A stretch of DNA of 64,000 nt from an uncultured Actinomycetota bacterium (GTDB lineage Bacteria > Actinomycetota > Actinomycetes > Propionibacteriales > Nocardioidaceae): the NCBI GenBank assembly GCA_963720435.1, contig CAVRFR010000005.1, positions 45,748 through 109,747 of the forward strand. Reading direction: 5' to 3'. The notes under the pieces are model-generated. The model searched no databases. It was not told the origin of the DNA and saw only the letters and a program-made list of their open reading frames with translations. Made by a program: the position numbers and the translations under genes. Of the stretch, positions 1-18,687 are shown piece after piece. Each line of letters starts with the position of its first letter. Positions within the stretch are counted from its first letter, which is position 1.

Positions 1-38
1 CTCGAGACAATCGCATTGATTGGTCATTCGACGGGTGT

Positions 39-115
39 TGGTGGGCCTAAGTGGACTTGAACCACTGACCTCTTCCTTATCAGGGAAGCGCTCTAACCGG
101 CTGAGCTATAGGCCC
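39..115 (-). tRNA. tRNA-Ile (GAT)
   Basis: Reverse complement GGGCCTATAGCTCAG...CTGATAAG...GTTCAAGTCC...GGCCCACCA; anticodon GAT, encoded CCA; usual position downstream of gyrA/DUF3566. Confidence 0.97.
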
Positions 116-171
116 CAGTGTGATCACCAGTGCGCAGGACTGGTGTCGATGCGACGGGGAAGATTACCCCA

Positions 172-797
172 TCAGCGGTCGTCCTCGGCCAGCGTGACCT
201 CGATGCCGCCGAGCAGGGCGGCCGCGAGGTTGTACAAGAAGGCGCCGAGGGTGGCGATCGCGGTGATGAGCACGACGTCGACGACGGAGACGATCATCGT
301 GAATCCGAGGGCCCGGCTCATGCCGACGTAGTTCTCGACGTCGAACGTCTGGGCCTGGTCACCGCCGACCACGTCGGCGACGGTCTTGTTGATCGAGTCC
401 CACACGCCGGCGGCGCCGAGCACCGACCAGACCACGAACACCGACACCACGGTCACGATGCCGATCGCGATCGAGAGCAGGAACGCCGTCTTCATCACCG
501 ACCACGGGTCGAGGTGGACCAGCCGGAGCCGGGCACGGCGCGGTCCGCGGGGCCGGGTGGTCTTCTTGGCGGCCGTCCGGCGTGGCGACCGACGTCGGCT
601 TGTCGAGTCGGACCGCCGAGGCGGCCCGAGCTCGCGGCGGACTGGACGGCCGACCCGGCCGCGGAGACCGCCGCGCCGACGCGTTCGGTGATCGGGCGCT
701 TGCCGGTGTCCCCGTTGGAGTCGGCATCGTTCGACGGACCGGACAAGGGACCTTCGGGGGGCCAGCGGCGTGTCCTCTGCACGTCGTCGGTCGGCCA

Positions 798-798
<1 letters not shown>
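172..798 (-). CDS. DUF3566 transmembrane protein
   Basis: RRARLRLVHLDPWSVMK...FLYNLAAALLGGIEVTLAED; two TM segments; between gyrA and tRNA-Ile. Confidence 0.9.
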
Positions 799-3551
<2,753 letters not shown>

Positions 3552-3607
3552 GTGGTGTCACTTTCCGTCGTACGACGTGCGTGGTCTCGACAGGCTCGAC
3601 CAACCGG

Positions 3608-5968
<2,361 letters not shown>

Positions 5969-6059
5969 TCAGAGGGCGGTCAGGACGCACTGGCAGGGGG
6001 ACTCCTTGGTCCCCATACGGCGCCGAGGGCTCGCAGATCCGGCCTCGGCTCAGCCGACC

Positions 6060-6662
6060 TCAGCCGTAGGTGTCGCGAGGCCCGCGACCGTCGCGAACCG
6101 ATCGGCGTCCACGTTTCCAGGAAGGGCCGTGCGGACCCTCGACGTCGATGACCACCACGGTGCCGTCGCCGAGCTCCTCGTTGAGCCGCCGCACCACCTG
6201 GGGGGCGAGCAGCTTCATCTGGGTCGCCCAGGCCGTGGAGTCGGTGCGCACCAGCAGCCGCCCCCCTGGGTTGGGCCCGTCGTCGGAGCTCCGGAAGGCC
6301 TCCGGGTGGCAGTGCTGGGCGACCTCGCGGCCGACGATCAGGTCCCAGCGGGAGAAGACGCCGTGCACCCGGACGTCGGTGCCCCAGCCCTGGTCGGCGA
6401 TCAGCCGGCCGATGGTCGCGTCGAGCGGCTGCGGGTCCCGGTCGTCGGGATGGGCACCCGAGAGCTGTGGGTCACCTCGCCGTGCCGAACGACTGTCCTT
6501 GCCGGCCGCGCCACCCTTGCCGGAGGAGCCGGTGCCCGAGCGCCGCCGAGCCGCGCCCGGTCTGGCCAGCCCGCGGGCGATGCTGCGCGCGAGGTCGAGC
6601 CCGGACTCGTCGTGGCCGGTCTCGGCGGTGGTCTCCGGTGGAGGCTCTTGCTCAGGTGACAC
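6060..6662 (-). CDS. DUF721 family protein, DciA-like helicase loader
   Basis: [28 protein letters not shown]-terminus; between recF and gyrB. Confidence 0.9.
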   Translation of the reverse strand: MSPEQEPPPETTAETGHDESGLDLARSIARGLARPGAARRRSGTGSSGKGGAAGKDSRSARRGDPQLSGAHPDDRDPQPLDATIGRLIADQGWGTDVRVHGVFSRWDLIVGREVAQHCHPEAFRSSDDGPNPGGRLLVRTDSTAWATQMKLLAPQVVRRLNEELGDGTVVVIDVEGPHGPSWKRGRRSVRDGRGPRDTYG

Positions 6663-7807
6663 CGGGCAGCACCTTCCCGTCCGCGACGTCGATGCGCACT
6701 CCGGCAAGTGCCGCGGGGACGTCGTCCGGCACCGCGGCCGTGACCAGCACCTGCTCGGCGCCGGCGACGAGCTCGGCCAGCCGGTCGCGGCGGTCGACGT
6801 CGAGCTCGGCGAAGACGTCGTCGAGGATCAGGATCGGGTCGTCGCCGTCCGCGCGCAGCAGGTCGTACGACGCGAGGCGCAGCGCCGAGCGCCATCGACC
6901 AGGACTCGCCGTGAGAGGCGTAGCCCTTCACCGGCAGCGGCCCGAGCATCAGAGTCAGGTCGTCGCGGTGCGGGCCCACCAGGCTGATGCCGCGCTCGAC
7001 CTCCTCGTCGCGGCGGCGCTCCACCTCGGCCAGCAGCGCCTGCGCGAGGTCGTCCGCGGGCGTCGCCATCCACGTGATCGGGCAGCTCGAACGACGGCTT
7101 GTAGGTCATCGAGACCTCGTTGTCCGAGCGCGTCCTGCGCGACCGCGTCGTACGCCCGCGCCGACGTAGGGACGCAGCGCCTCGCACCAGCGCGAGCCGC
7201 GCGGCCAGCAGCTCCGCGCCGGTGCGCGCGAGGTGTGAGTCCCACACCCCGAGCGTCGCCAGTGCGCCCTCCGCCCGCGAGGACTGGTGGCTCCCGGTGC
7301 GCGCCGTCTTCAGCAGCGAGTTGCGCTGCTTGAGGACACGGTCGTAGTCGGCGCGCACACCGGCGAAGCGCGGAGCGCGCTGCACGAGCAGGTCGTCGAG
7401 GAAGCGCACGTCGCTCGCGAAGGGTCGCCCTTGACCAGGTCGAGGTCCTCCGGGGAGAACAGCACGGTGCGCACCAGACCGAGCAGCTCACGTGCGCGAG
7501 GAAGCGGGGAGCGGTTCACGCGCGCCCGGTTGGACCGCCCCGGGTTGATCTGCACCTCGAGCAGCGCCTCACGACCGTCGCGCACCACGACCGCTCGCAC
7601 GACGGCCTGCTCGGCGCCGGCGCGCACCAGCGGGCCGTCCCCGGCGACCCGATGGGAGGAGAGCTTGGCGATGTAGTCGATCGCCTCGACGAGGTTCGTC
7701 TTGCCCTGGCCGTTGCGGCCGATGAACGCGGTGGCACCTGGGCCCAGCTCGACCTCGGCCTCGGGGTAGGAGCGGAAGTCGTGGAGCGACAGGTGCGCGA
7801 CGTGCAC
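6652..7807 (-). CDS. recF: DNA replication/repair protein RecF (several apparent frameshifts)
   Basis: DFRSY, Walker [43 protein letters not shown] pieces. Confidence 0.93.
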
Positions 7808-7822
7808 GGCGTCGAACTGCGG

Positions 7823-8728
7823 CTAGGGCTTGTCGGTCGTGGTCGGGGGCGCGCTGACCTTGGTGGCGTGGCCGCCGAACTGGTTGCGCATCGCCGCCAC
7901 CGCCTTCATCGCGGGGCTGTCGTCCTGCCGGGAGACGAACCGGGCGTAGAGCGCCGCGGTGATCGCAGGAGTCGCGACGGCGTGCTCGATGCCGGCCTCG
8001 ACGGTCCACCGGCCCTCGCCGGAGTCCTCGGCGTAGCCGCTGATCTTGGTCGAGCTTGTCGTCGTCGTCGAGGGCCGCCACGAGCAGGTCGAGAAGCCAG
8101 GACCGGATGACCGTGCCCTCGCGCCAGGATCGGAAGACCTCGGTGACGTTGTCGACCTCGTCGACGGCCTGGAGCAGCTCCCAGCCCTCGGCGTAGGCCT
8201 GCATCACGGCGTACTCGATGCCGTTGTGGACCATCTTCGAGAAGTGACCGGCGCCCACCTCTCCGGCGTGCACCCAGCCGAAGTCACCCTCCGGCTTGAG
8301 GGCGTCGAAGATCGGCTGCACCGTCTCGACGTCGGCCTTGTCGCCGCCCGCCATCAGCGCGTAGCCGTTCTCCAGGCCCCACACGCCACCGGAGACGCCA
8401 CAGTCGACGAAGCCGATGCCCATTCTCGCCGAGCATCTCGGCGTTGACCTTGTCATCGGTCCAGCGCGAGTTGCCGCCGTCGATGACGATGTCGCCCTTG
8501 TCGAGCAGCTCCCCGAGCGAGCGGATCGTCTCGCGGGTGATGTCCCCGGCAGGCACCATCACCCAGACCAGCTTCGGGGACGGCAGCTCGGCCACCATCG
8601 CCTCGAGGCTGTCGACGTCAGCTGACGTCGGGGTTGCGGTCGTAGCCGACAACGGTGTGCCCGGCGCGGCGCAACCGCTCGCGCATGTTGCCGCCCATCT
8701 TGCCGAGCCCGATCAGACCGAGATCCAT
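7823..8728 (-). CDS. gnd: Decarboxylating 6-phosphogluconate dehydrogenase, short type (frameshifted)
   Basis: GLIGLGKMGGNM, IDGGNS, GVSGG, GAGHFSKMVHNGIEY, SGEGRWT, MRNQFGGH; between dnaN and recF. Confidence 0.92.
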
Positions 8729-8805
8729 TCCGCTCCCTCTCTGCTGTGTCGCCGAGCTTTCGCTGGCACCTCAGGCTATACGCGCGGGCTTGCTGCGAGC
8801 AGGGG

Positions 8806-9963
8806 TCAAGACAGCAGCCGTCTCGGCATCAGGAGATAGCGGAACGCGCCGTCGGCATCACCGTCGAGGCTGTCCACGCCGGCCATCACCGCGGGCTTGG
8901 ACGCCTGGGTGAAGCCGAGCTCGACGACCGGCGACTCGATCGCGGTCAGCCCGTCGAGCAGGAACTGCGGGTTGAAGCCGGTGGTGATGTCCTCACCGTC
9001 GATCGTCGCCTCGATCTGCTCGGTCGCGAGCGCCTCGTCGCCGCTGCCGGCGTCGAGGGTGAGCACGCCGCCGGAGAACGCCAGCTGCACGGCGGTGTTG
9101 CGCTCGGCGACCAGCGAGACACGCTTGACCGACTCCACGAGCGTCGCGCGGTCGACCCTCGCGACCGTGGTGTGCTCGGGCGGGAACAGCGTGCGGACCT
9201 TGGGGAACTCCCCGTCGAGGAGCCGGGTGGTGGTCCGTCGTACGCCGCCGCCGAACGAGCCCTCGAAGCCGATGATGCCCTCGCCGGCTCCGGAGGACGC
9301 GAGGGCGATCGTCACCTCGGTGCCCGAGGTCAGCGACTTCGCGGTGTCGGCGAGCACCCGCGCGGGAACCAGGGCGGCGGCCGAGACGTCGGTGGCGCCC
9401 GGGTCCCACTCGAGCTCGCGGTGCGAGAGCCGGAATCGGTCGGTGGCCAGCAGCGAGATCTTCGAGCCCTCGATCTCGATCCGGACACCGGTGAGCACCG
9501 GCAGCATGTCGTCGCGGCCGGCCGCGGTGACCGCCTGGCCCACCGCGTTGGCGAACACGTCGCTGCGCACGGTGCCGGTGGCGGTCGGCATGTCGGGCAG
9601 GGTCGGGTACTCGTCGACCGGCATCGTCTGCAGGCTGAACCTCGCGGAACCGCAGGTCAGCGACACCTTCGCGCCGTCGATGGTCATCTCCACCGGCTTG
9701 TTCGGCAGGCTGCGGCAGATGTCCGCGAGCAGCCGACCGGAGACCAGCGCCCGGCCCTCGTCCTGGACGGAGGCGGGCAGCGTGGCGCGAGCGGAGGTCT
9801 CGTAGTCGAAGGTGGACAGCTGCAGGCCGTCGCCGGCTCCTTCGCTGACGGGCGTCTCGATCAGCAGCCCGGCGAGCACCGGCACGCTGGGTCGAACCGG
9901 GAGGCTGCGCGCGGCCCACGCGACCGCGTCCGCGAGCACGTCGCGTTCGACGGTGAACTTCAC
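8806..9963 (-). CDS. dnaN: DNA polymerase III beta clamp
   Basis: VKFTVERDVLADAVAW, ATDRFRL, GFNPQFLLDGL, YLLMPRR. Confidence 0.97.
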   Translation of the reverse strand: MKFTVERDVLADAVAWAARSLPVRPSVPVLAGLLIETPVSEGAGDGLQLSTFDYETSARATLPASVQDEGRALVSGRLLADICRSLPNKPVEMTIDGAKVSLTCGSARFSLQTMPVDEYPTLPDMPTATGTVRSDVFANAVGQAVTAAGRDDMLPVLTGVRIEIEGSKISLLATDRFRLSHRELEWDPGATDVSAAALVPARVLADTAKSLTSGTEVTIALASSGAGEGIIGFEGSFGGGVRRTTTRLLDGEFPKVRTLFPPEHTTVARVDRATLVESVKRVSLVAERNTAVQLAFSGGVLTLDAGSGDEALATEQIEATIDGEDITTGFNPQFLLDGLTAIESPVVELGFTQASKPAVMAGVDSLDGDADGAFRYLLMPRRLLS

Positions 9964-10354
9964 TTGTCGTCCCCTTCTGCTGCGATCGACCCGACGCCGT
10001 CCCATGCGTGACGGAGTCCTCGGGGGTGAGCATCCTGCCACGGTCGTCCCCGTCGTCCCCAGGTAGCGGCCAGGGAGACGTTCGTGAATGACCTGGATAT
10101 ATCTAGGTGAGTAGTGTTAACAGGAGCGGTGGACAGTGTGGATAACTCGTGTCCGTGCAGGTCAGCACCGGTTTTGCCGTCCCGTCGGGGTGTGTACGAC
10201 ACGGTGGACCAGCTGTCGTTCCTGTGGGTGACGCCGATCCGTGCCTGCGCCGGGTGCTGCTCGTCCACAGGCAGTCCACCGCGAACCGGGGCCGCTCCAC
10301 AGGCGCGTCCCCAGGGCATCAGGGCCGGTTGCACGACCAGATCCTCGACTCGCG
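9964..10354. other. oriC: Replication origin oriC (dnaA-dnaN intergenic)
   Basis: Perfect DnaA box TTATCCACA (minus strand, 10137-10145) next to CTGTCCACC (10128-10136), then trio-like TGT TAA CAC TAC and an AT-richer GATATATC; more boxes at 10203, 10261, 10272, 10293, 10305. Confidence 0.85.
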
Positions 10355-11776
10355 TCACGACTGGCGGGCCTGCTGCTTGATGCGGTTGGTGAGCTCGGTG
10401 ACCTGGTTGAAGACGCTGCGGCGTTCGGCGAGCAGCTGACGGATCTTCTTGTCCGCGTGCATCACGGTCGTGTGGTCACGACCGCCGAACTGCTGACCGA
10501 TCTTCGGCAGCGACAGCTCGGTGAGCTCGCGGCACAGGTACATCGCGATCTGGCGGCCGGTGACGAGCACGCGGCTCCGGCTCACCCCGCAGAGGTCCTC
10601 GATGGACAGCCCGAAGTAGGCCGCGGTCTGGGCGATGATCAGCGCCGCGGTGATCTCGGGCTCACCGCCCTCGGGGATGAGGTCCTTGAGCACGATCTCG
10701 GCCAGCGTCAGGTCGACCTGCTGCCGGTTCAGGCTCGCGAACGCGGTGACCCGGATCAGCGCACCCTCGAGCTCGCGGATGTTGGTCTGGATCTTGCTGG
10801 CGATGAACTCCAGCACGTCGGGCGGCGCAGTCATCCGCTCGGTGGCGGCCTTCTTGCGGAGGATCGCGATGCGGGTCTCGAGGTCGGGCGGCTGCACGTC
10901 GGTGATCAGGCCCCACTCGAACCGGTTGCGCAGCCGGTCCTCGAGCGCCTCGAGCCGCTTGGGCGGCCGGTCGGAGGTGATCACGATCTGCTTGTTCGCG
11001 TTGTGCAGCGTGTTGAAGGTGTGGAAGAACTCTTCCTGGGTCTGGATCTTGCCTTCCAGGAACTGGATGTCGTCGATGAGCAGCACGTCGACGTCGCGGT
11101 AGCGGCGCTTGAACCGGTCCTGGCGGTCGTCGCGGATCGCGTTGATGAACTCGTTGGTGAACTCCTCCGAGCTCACGTAGCGCACCCGTGCGCCGGCGAA
11201 CAGGCTGCGGACGTAGTGACCGATGGCGTGCAGCAGGTGGGTCTTGCCGAGCCCGGAGTCGCCGTACACCAGCAGCGGGTTGTAGGCCTTGCCCGGCGCC
11301 TCGGCGACCGCAACGGCGGCCGCGTGCGCGAAGCGGTTGGAGGACCCGATCACGAACGTCTCGAAGACGTACTTCGGGTTCAGGCGCGTCTCCGCGACGC
11401 CGGTCGCCGGTGTGGTGCCGGTGCTGGGCATCGCCGGGGTGGGCACGTCGAGGGGATTTGTCGACAAGTCGCGTCGTGGCTCCTCATCGGCCACCTCGAA
11501 CTGGTCGAGCGACTCCGGCGGCAGGTCCGGCGCCTTCAGGTCCGGGTCGACGGTCACCGCGATGCGCACCTGGTGCTTGAAGGCGGAGCCCAAGGCGTCC
11601 TCGAGCTGCGTGCGCAGCCGGCCCTCGATCTGCTGGCGGGTGAAGTCGTCGGCCACCGCGATGATCGCGGTGTCCTGGTGCAAGGTGACCGGCTGGCTCG
11701 AGGCGAGCCAGGCCCGCTGGTTCGGCGGGAGGTTCTCGACGAGGCGGCGCCAGAGGGAGTCGAGCTGTTCGGTCAC
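10355..11776 (-). CDS. dnaA: Chromosomal replication initiator DnaA
   Basis: [49 protein letters not shown]. Confidence 0.98.
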   Translation of the reverse strand: MTEQLDSLWRRLVENLPPNQRAWLASSQPVTLHQDTAIIAVADDFTRQQIEGRLRTQLEDALGSAFKHQVRIAVTVDPDLKAPDLPPESLDQFEVADEEPRRDLSTNPLDVPTPAMPSTGTTPATGVAETRLNPKYVFETFVIGSSNRFAHAAAVAVAEAPGKAYNPLLVYGDSGLGKTHLLHAIGHYVRSLFAGARVRYVSSEEFTNEFINAIRDDRQDRFKRRYRDVDVLLIDDIQFLEGKIQTQEEFFHTFNTLHNANKQIVITSDRPPKRLEALEDRLRNRFEWGLITDVQPPDLETRIAILRKKAATERMTAPPDVLEFIASKIQTNIRELEGALIRVTAFASLNRQQVDLTLAEIVLKDLIPEGGEPEITAALIIAQTAAYFGLSIEDLCGVSRSRVLVTGRQIAMYLCRELTELSLPKIGQQFGGRDHTTVMHADKKIRQLLAERRSVFNQVTELTNRIKQQARQS

Positions 11777-11839
11777 GTCTCATCCATGGGTTTCCCCACT
11801 CCCATCCGCGTCGTGCGCCGTGGCCACGATCGCCGTTCG

Positions 11840-12150
11840 TCATGTCGTGGACAGACGGCGGACCCGACCGGGTCCACACCTTTGTCCACAGGCTGTGCAT
11901 GTCGCCCGGTCGGGTGGCCGGACGGTCCGCGGACGGTTGCAGGCTCTCCCTGGTGTTCCGCATCTGCCCAGGTCAGCGGGCGGATCAGTCAGGACGCGCC
12001 GCTGGCGCGACCAAGTGCTGAAGTGCGGGGGAGTCGACCGTGGGGAATCTCGGGGACGGGCGAAACCTAACAAGGGTTGAGGGGAGCGGGCAAGCAGTTG
12101 TCCACAGGTTCCTGGTTTGACCCGTTAGACGGCCACCCCGTACCGTGAGG
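11840..12150. promoter_or_regulatory. Divergent dnaA/rpmH promoter region with DnaA boxes
   Basis: TTGTCCACA at 11882-11890 and 12098-12106, GGGTCCACA at 11870; TTGACC-N18-TACCGT (12117-12146) facing rpmH. Confidence 0.75.
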
Positions 12151-12256
12151 AGGTCGAGCACGCGTCGACAGATGCTCCATGTCCGGACTGGATCTGGTGC
12201 TCTCCGCGCGCTCGCCCTCGACCCCGCAGGAACGCCTCGAAACCGGAGATTCAGCC

Positions 12257-12394
12257 GTGAGCAAGCGCACGTACCAGCCGAACAACCGTCGCCGTCACAA
12301 GGTGCACGGCTTCCGTCTGCGGATGCGCACCCGGGCCGGCCGCGCGGTCTTGTCCTCGCGCCGCCGCAAGGGCCGCGCCCGCGTCTCCGTCTGA
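12257..12394 (+). CDS. rpmH: 50S ribosomal protein L34
   Basis: [40 protein letters not shown]. Confidence 0.98.
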   Translation: MSKRTYQPNNRRRHKVHGFRLRMRTRAGRAVLSSRRRKGRARVSV

Positions 12395-12419
12395 CCGGGT
12401 CCAGGCAGCAGGCTTCGCC

Positions 12420-12788
12420 GTGCTCGAGCGCCGCAACCGGCTGACCGCGTCGGCCGGCTTCACCGCGGCGACTCGGGGTGGTCGCCGTGCCGGCACCCGC
12501 ACCCTGGTGGTCCACCTCGCGGTCCGCGAGGCCGAGGGCGAGCCTGCTCGGGTCGGGTTCGCGGTCGGGCGCGCCGTCGGGAACGCCGTGGAACGCAACC
12601 GGGTCAGGCGTCGGCTGCGCCACCTGGTGCGCGACCGGCTCGACCGGCTCCCGGACTCGGCCGACCTGGTGGTGCGCGCGCTGCCCGCGGCGGCAACGGC
12701 GTCGTACGCCGTGCTGGGCCGCGACCTCGACCAGGCGCTCGGCAGGTTCGACCGCGTCGGCGCTGCTGTGCAGGAGCCCGGGCGATGA
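12420..12788 (+). CDS. rnpA: Ribonuclease P protein component
   Basis: [24 protein letters not shown] (RNR motif); synteny. Confidence 0.95.
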   Translation: MLERRNRLTASAGFTAATRGGRRAGTRTLVVHLAVREAEGEPARVGFAVGRAVGNAVERNRVRRRLRHLVRDRLDRLPDSADLVVRALPAAATASYAVLGRDLDQALGRFDRVGAAVQEPGR

Positions 12789-13051
12789 AGTACCTGCTCA
12801 TCGGTCTGCTTCGTGCCTACCGGCTGCTGATCAGCCCGCTGTACGGACAGGTGTGCCGCTACCACCCGTCGTGCTCGGCGTACGCGCTGGAGGCGGTTAC
12901 CGTGCACGGCAGCGTGAAGGGCAGCTGGCTGGCCATGCGCCGGCTGGGTCGCTGCCACCCCTGGAGCGCCGGAGGGTATGACCCGGTTCCTCCCAAGACG
13001 ACCAAAATGTCAGGCACGCTGCCTGGGCATCACCCGACGCTAGGAGCCTGA
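12785..13051 (+). CDS. yidD: Membrane protein insertion efficiency factor YidD
   Basis: [14 protein letters not shown]...[14 protein letters not shown]. Confidence 0.95.
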   Translation: MKYLLIGLLRAYRLLISPLYGQVCRYHPSCSAYALEAVTVHGSVKGSWLAMRRLGRCHPWSAGGYDPVPPKTTKMSGTLPGHHPTLGA

Positions 13052-14059
13052 GTGCTGGATTTCTTCGGTCAGCTCGGCAGCTTCATCATGACGCCGCTGT
13101 ACTACCTGACCTCGTTCGTGCTGCTCGCGTTCCACCGGTTGTGGGGCGGGATCTTCGGCCCGGAGACGGGTCTCGCCTGGGTGCTGTCGATCGTCGGCCT
13201 CACGGTGGTGATCCGGGCGGCGCTGATCCCGCTGTTCGTCAAGCAGATCAAGTCCAGCCGCAACATGCAGCTGCTGCAGCCCAAGGTCAAGGAGCTGCGC
13301 GAGAAGTACGGCCACGACCGCGAGCGGTTGTCCCAAGAGACGATGAAGCTCTACAAGGACACCGGCACGAACCCCTTCGCGTCCTGCATGCCACTTATCT
13401 TGCAGATGCCAATCTTTTTCGCGCTGTTCCAGCTGATCAACCACGCGTCGAAGGGCGAGACCCGTGGGCTGATGACGACCAAGCTCGCGGACCAGTTCGC
13501 CAACGCCACCTTCCTCGGCGCCAAGATCTCCGACAGCTTCACCTCGACCGACGACACCGGGGTCAAGATCCTCGCCGCGACCCTGGTGGTCGCGATGTGC
13601 GCCACCACGTTCATGACCCAGCGTCAGCTGATGAGCAAGAACATGCCGGCCGACGCGATGACCGGCCAGTTCGCGCAGCAGCAGAAGATGCTGCTCTACG
13701 TCTTGCCGTTCGTGTTCGCCATCGGTGGCATCGCGTTCCCGATCGGCGTGCTCTTCTACTGGACCACCTCGAACCTGTGGACGATGGGCCAGCAGTTCTA
13801 CGTGATCCGCAACAACCCGGTGCCCGGCACGCCCGCCGCCAAGGCGAAGCAGGAGCGCGACGCGGCCAAGCGTGAGCGCAAGGGGCTGCCTGACCCCACC
13901 ACCCCGATCGACCCCAAGCCGGACCCCGCGACGCCTCCGCCGCAGAAGCGGCAGCAGCCCAAGAAGCAGAGCCGCAGCCAGCGCAAGAAGCAGGGACCAC
14001 CTCGCGCCAAGCCGAGCAAGCCGGACGAGGGCGACGAACGCGGTCGCGACAGCGCCTGA
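13052..14059 (+). CDS. yidC: Membrane protein insertase YidC
   Basis: IRAALIPLFVKQIKS, NPFASCMP, GVLFYWTTSNLWTMGQQ; basic tail. Confidence 0.95.
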   Translation: MLDFFGQLGSFIMTPLYYLTSFVLLAFHRLWGGIFGPETGLAWVLSIVGLTVVIRAALIPLFVKQIKSSRNMQLLQPKVKELREKYGHDRERLSQETMKLYKDTGTNPFASCMPLILQMPIFFALFQLINHASKGETRGLMTTKLADQFANATFLGAKISDSFTSTDDTGVKILAATLVVAMCATTFMTQRQLMSKNMPADAMTGQFAQQQKMLLYVLPFVFAIGGIAFPIGVLFYWTTSNLWTMGQQFYVIRNNPVPGTPAAKAKQERDAAKRERKGLPDPTTPIDPKPDPATPPPQKRQQPKKQSRSQRKKQGPPRAKPSKPDEGDERGRDSA

Positions 14060-14109
14060 CCGCACCCCTGCCAGGACCCCGCAAGACCCACACGACTAGG
14101 AAGTTCCCC

Positions 14110-16532
<2,423 letters not shown>

Positions 16533-16536
<4 letters not shown>

Positions 16537-17556
16537 CGGAGAAGACGCAGCGACGAGGCCTCGGCAGGGGACTGGGGTCACTGATCCCCACCGCGCCTCG
16601 CGAGGAGCAGTCGATCGAGACCCGGCAGCCGGCCGTGCCGGCCCAGCAGGCGGCCGACGCCTCCTCCGCGGACTGGATCGGCGTCCCGCTGCCCGGTGAC
16701 GGGGCGGAGATCTCGACGGAGGCGACGCCGCAGGCCGACTTGGCGCCGGTCGGCGGGCGCCCGCTTCGCGGAGCTCCCGGTCGACCAGATCCAGCCCAAC
16801 GCGCGGCAGCCGCGCGAGGCCTACGACGAGGAGGCGATGGCGGAGCTGGTGCACTCGGTCAGGGAGGTCGGGCTGCTGCAGCCGATCGTCGTCCGGCCGC
16901 TGGGCGCGGATCGCTTCGAGCTGGTGATGGGGGAGCGGCGCTGGCGGGCGACGCAGGAGGCGGGGCTGGAGACGATCCCGGCGATCGTCCGCGAGACCGA
17001 GGACGACGCGATGCTGCGCGACGCCCTCCTGGAGAACCTCCACCGCTCCCAGCTCAACCCGCTGGAGGAGGCGGCCGCCTACCAGCAGCTGCTCGACGAC
17101 TTCGACTGCACCCACGACGACCTGGCCACGCGGATCGGCCGCAGCCGTCCGCAGATCAGCAACACGCTGCGGCTGCTGAAGCTCTCGCCCGCGGTGCAGC
17201 GCCGGGTCGCGGCCGGGGTGCTGTCCGCCGGGCACGCTCGGGCCCTGCTCGGAGTGGAGAGCGCGGAGGCCCAGGACCGGCTGGCCGCCCGGGTGGTCGC
17301 CGAGGGCATCTCGGTGCGTGGCCTCGAGGAGCTGGTCGCGGTCGGTGACGGCGAGGCGCAGGCCGCGCGCCCGCGCCGCAGCCGGCCCACCGCACCCGGG
17401 CTGGAGGACCTGGCGTCTCGACTCACCGACCGGCTCGACACCCGCGTCAAGGTCGAGCTCGGCAAGCGCAAGGGCCGCATCACCGTGGAGTTCGCATCGC
17501 TCCCGGACCTCGAGCGCATCATCGGGCTGATCGACCCGGCCACGTCAGGTCGATAG
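16533..17556 (+). CDS. parB: ParB/Spo0J partitioning protein (frameshift near 16760)
   Basis: [49 protein letters not shown]. Confidence 0.95.
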
Positions 17557-17631
17557 GTCGACTTGTCGACAAAGCGAGATGTCGCTCAGTCGGTGAGCAG
17601 ACTCGAACAGCTCGCCGTTCCCGGCCGGGCG

Positions 17632-18594
17632 TCAGGCCGGCCCGGCGGTCGCGGTCGAGGCCCAGGTGCTCCTCCCACCGCAGCGCCGCCTCGACCGTCG
17701 TCGGCGAGCGGTCGCGGACTGAGGCCGGTCGCGTGGGCCGCGGCGTTGCGGCGGGTCATGAAGCCGGCGTAGTCCGGCGCCGGCAGCCACAGCGGCAGCG
17801 ACTCCGGGTCCCGCCCACGGCTCGACGTCGTGGTCGCCCAGCCAGCCGTGGCTCGCCTCCACGAGCTCGGGTGACCGGCCGGTGGTGGCGAGGCAGGCGT
17901 CGAGGACGGCTCCCACCGTCGACTCGTCGCCGACCGCGTTGAACGCGCCGGCGGTGCGGTGCTCCGCCGCGTCGACGAGCCAGGCCGCGAGGTCGGCCAC
18001 GTCGATCACCTGCATGGCGGTGTCTCGCGGCGGCACCAGGACCTGCTCACCGTCCTCGGCACGGGCGATCCGGGCCGGCCAGTACCCGAACCGGTCGCTG
18101 CGGTCGCCGTACCCGGCGATCAGGCCGGCTCGGGCGAGCAGCGCGTGCTCGTCGCCCATCGCCGCGCGGCAGGCGAGCTCGCAGGCGACCTTCGCCGGCC
18201 CGTAGACCTCGGCGTCGACGGGGCCCTCGCCCTCGTGGGGGGCGTGGAGCGGTGCGGTCTCGTCGGTGTCGGGGGTCTCGTCCTCGGCATACGCCGAGCC
18301 GGAGGAGACGTAGACCCAGTGCCGGGCGCTCGAGGCGAGCGCGCCGAGCGCTGAGGCGACCTGGTCGGGCTGCCAGCTGACGTCGAAGACCGCGTCCCAC
18401 TGCTTGCCGGACACCTCGTCGTACGCCGCGGGCTGGGTGCGGTCCGCCCGGACCCACGTCACGCCGGAGGGGGGATCGCCCGACTCACCACGGGCCAGGC
18501 ACGTCACTCGGTGGCCGCGCTCGAGCGCTTGCCGGGCGATCTCGCCGCCCACCCAGGAGGTGCCGCCGAGGACGAGCAGGTCTAGATCAGCCAT
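17632..18594 (-). CDS. NAD-dependent epimerase/dehydratase (atypical SDR); 3' end frameshifted and approximate
   Basis: LLVLGGTSWVG Rossmann motif, YVSSGSAY, YGPAK, RFGYWPAR. Confidence 0.8.
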   Translation of the reverse strand: MADLDLLVLGGTSWVGGEIARQALERGHRVTCLARGESGDPPSGVTWVRADRTQPAAYDEVSGKQWDAVFDVSWQPDQVASALGALASSARHWVYVSSGSAYAEDETPDTDETAPLHAPHEGEGPVDAEVYGPAKVACELACRAAMGDEHALLARAGLIAGYGDRSDRFGYWPARIARAEDGEQVLVPPRDTAMQVIDVADLAAWLVDAAEHRTAGAFNAVGDESTVGAVLDACLATTGRSPELVEASHGWLGDHDVEPWAGPGVAAAVAAGAGLRRLHDPPQRRGPRDRPQSATARRRRSRRRCGGRSTWASTATAGPA

Positions 18595-18652
18595 GCCCTC
18601 AGTCTGCCCGAACGTTCCACTTCGTCAACCCGAAACCGCAGGTCAACAGTGA

Positions 18653-18685
18653 TTGCAATGGATCTTTCGAAAGAGTAACTTCGAC
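18653..18685 (+). promoter_or_regulatory. SigA-type promoter with a palindromic operator in the spacer; leaderless start
   Basis: TTGCAA-N17-TAACTT; palindrome TCTTTCGAAAGA at 18663-18674; GTG start 6 nt after the -10. Confidence 0.65.
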
Positions 18686-18687
18686 AT

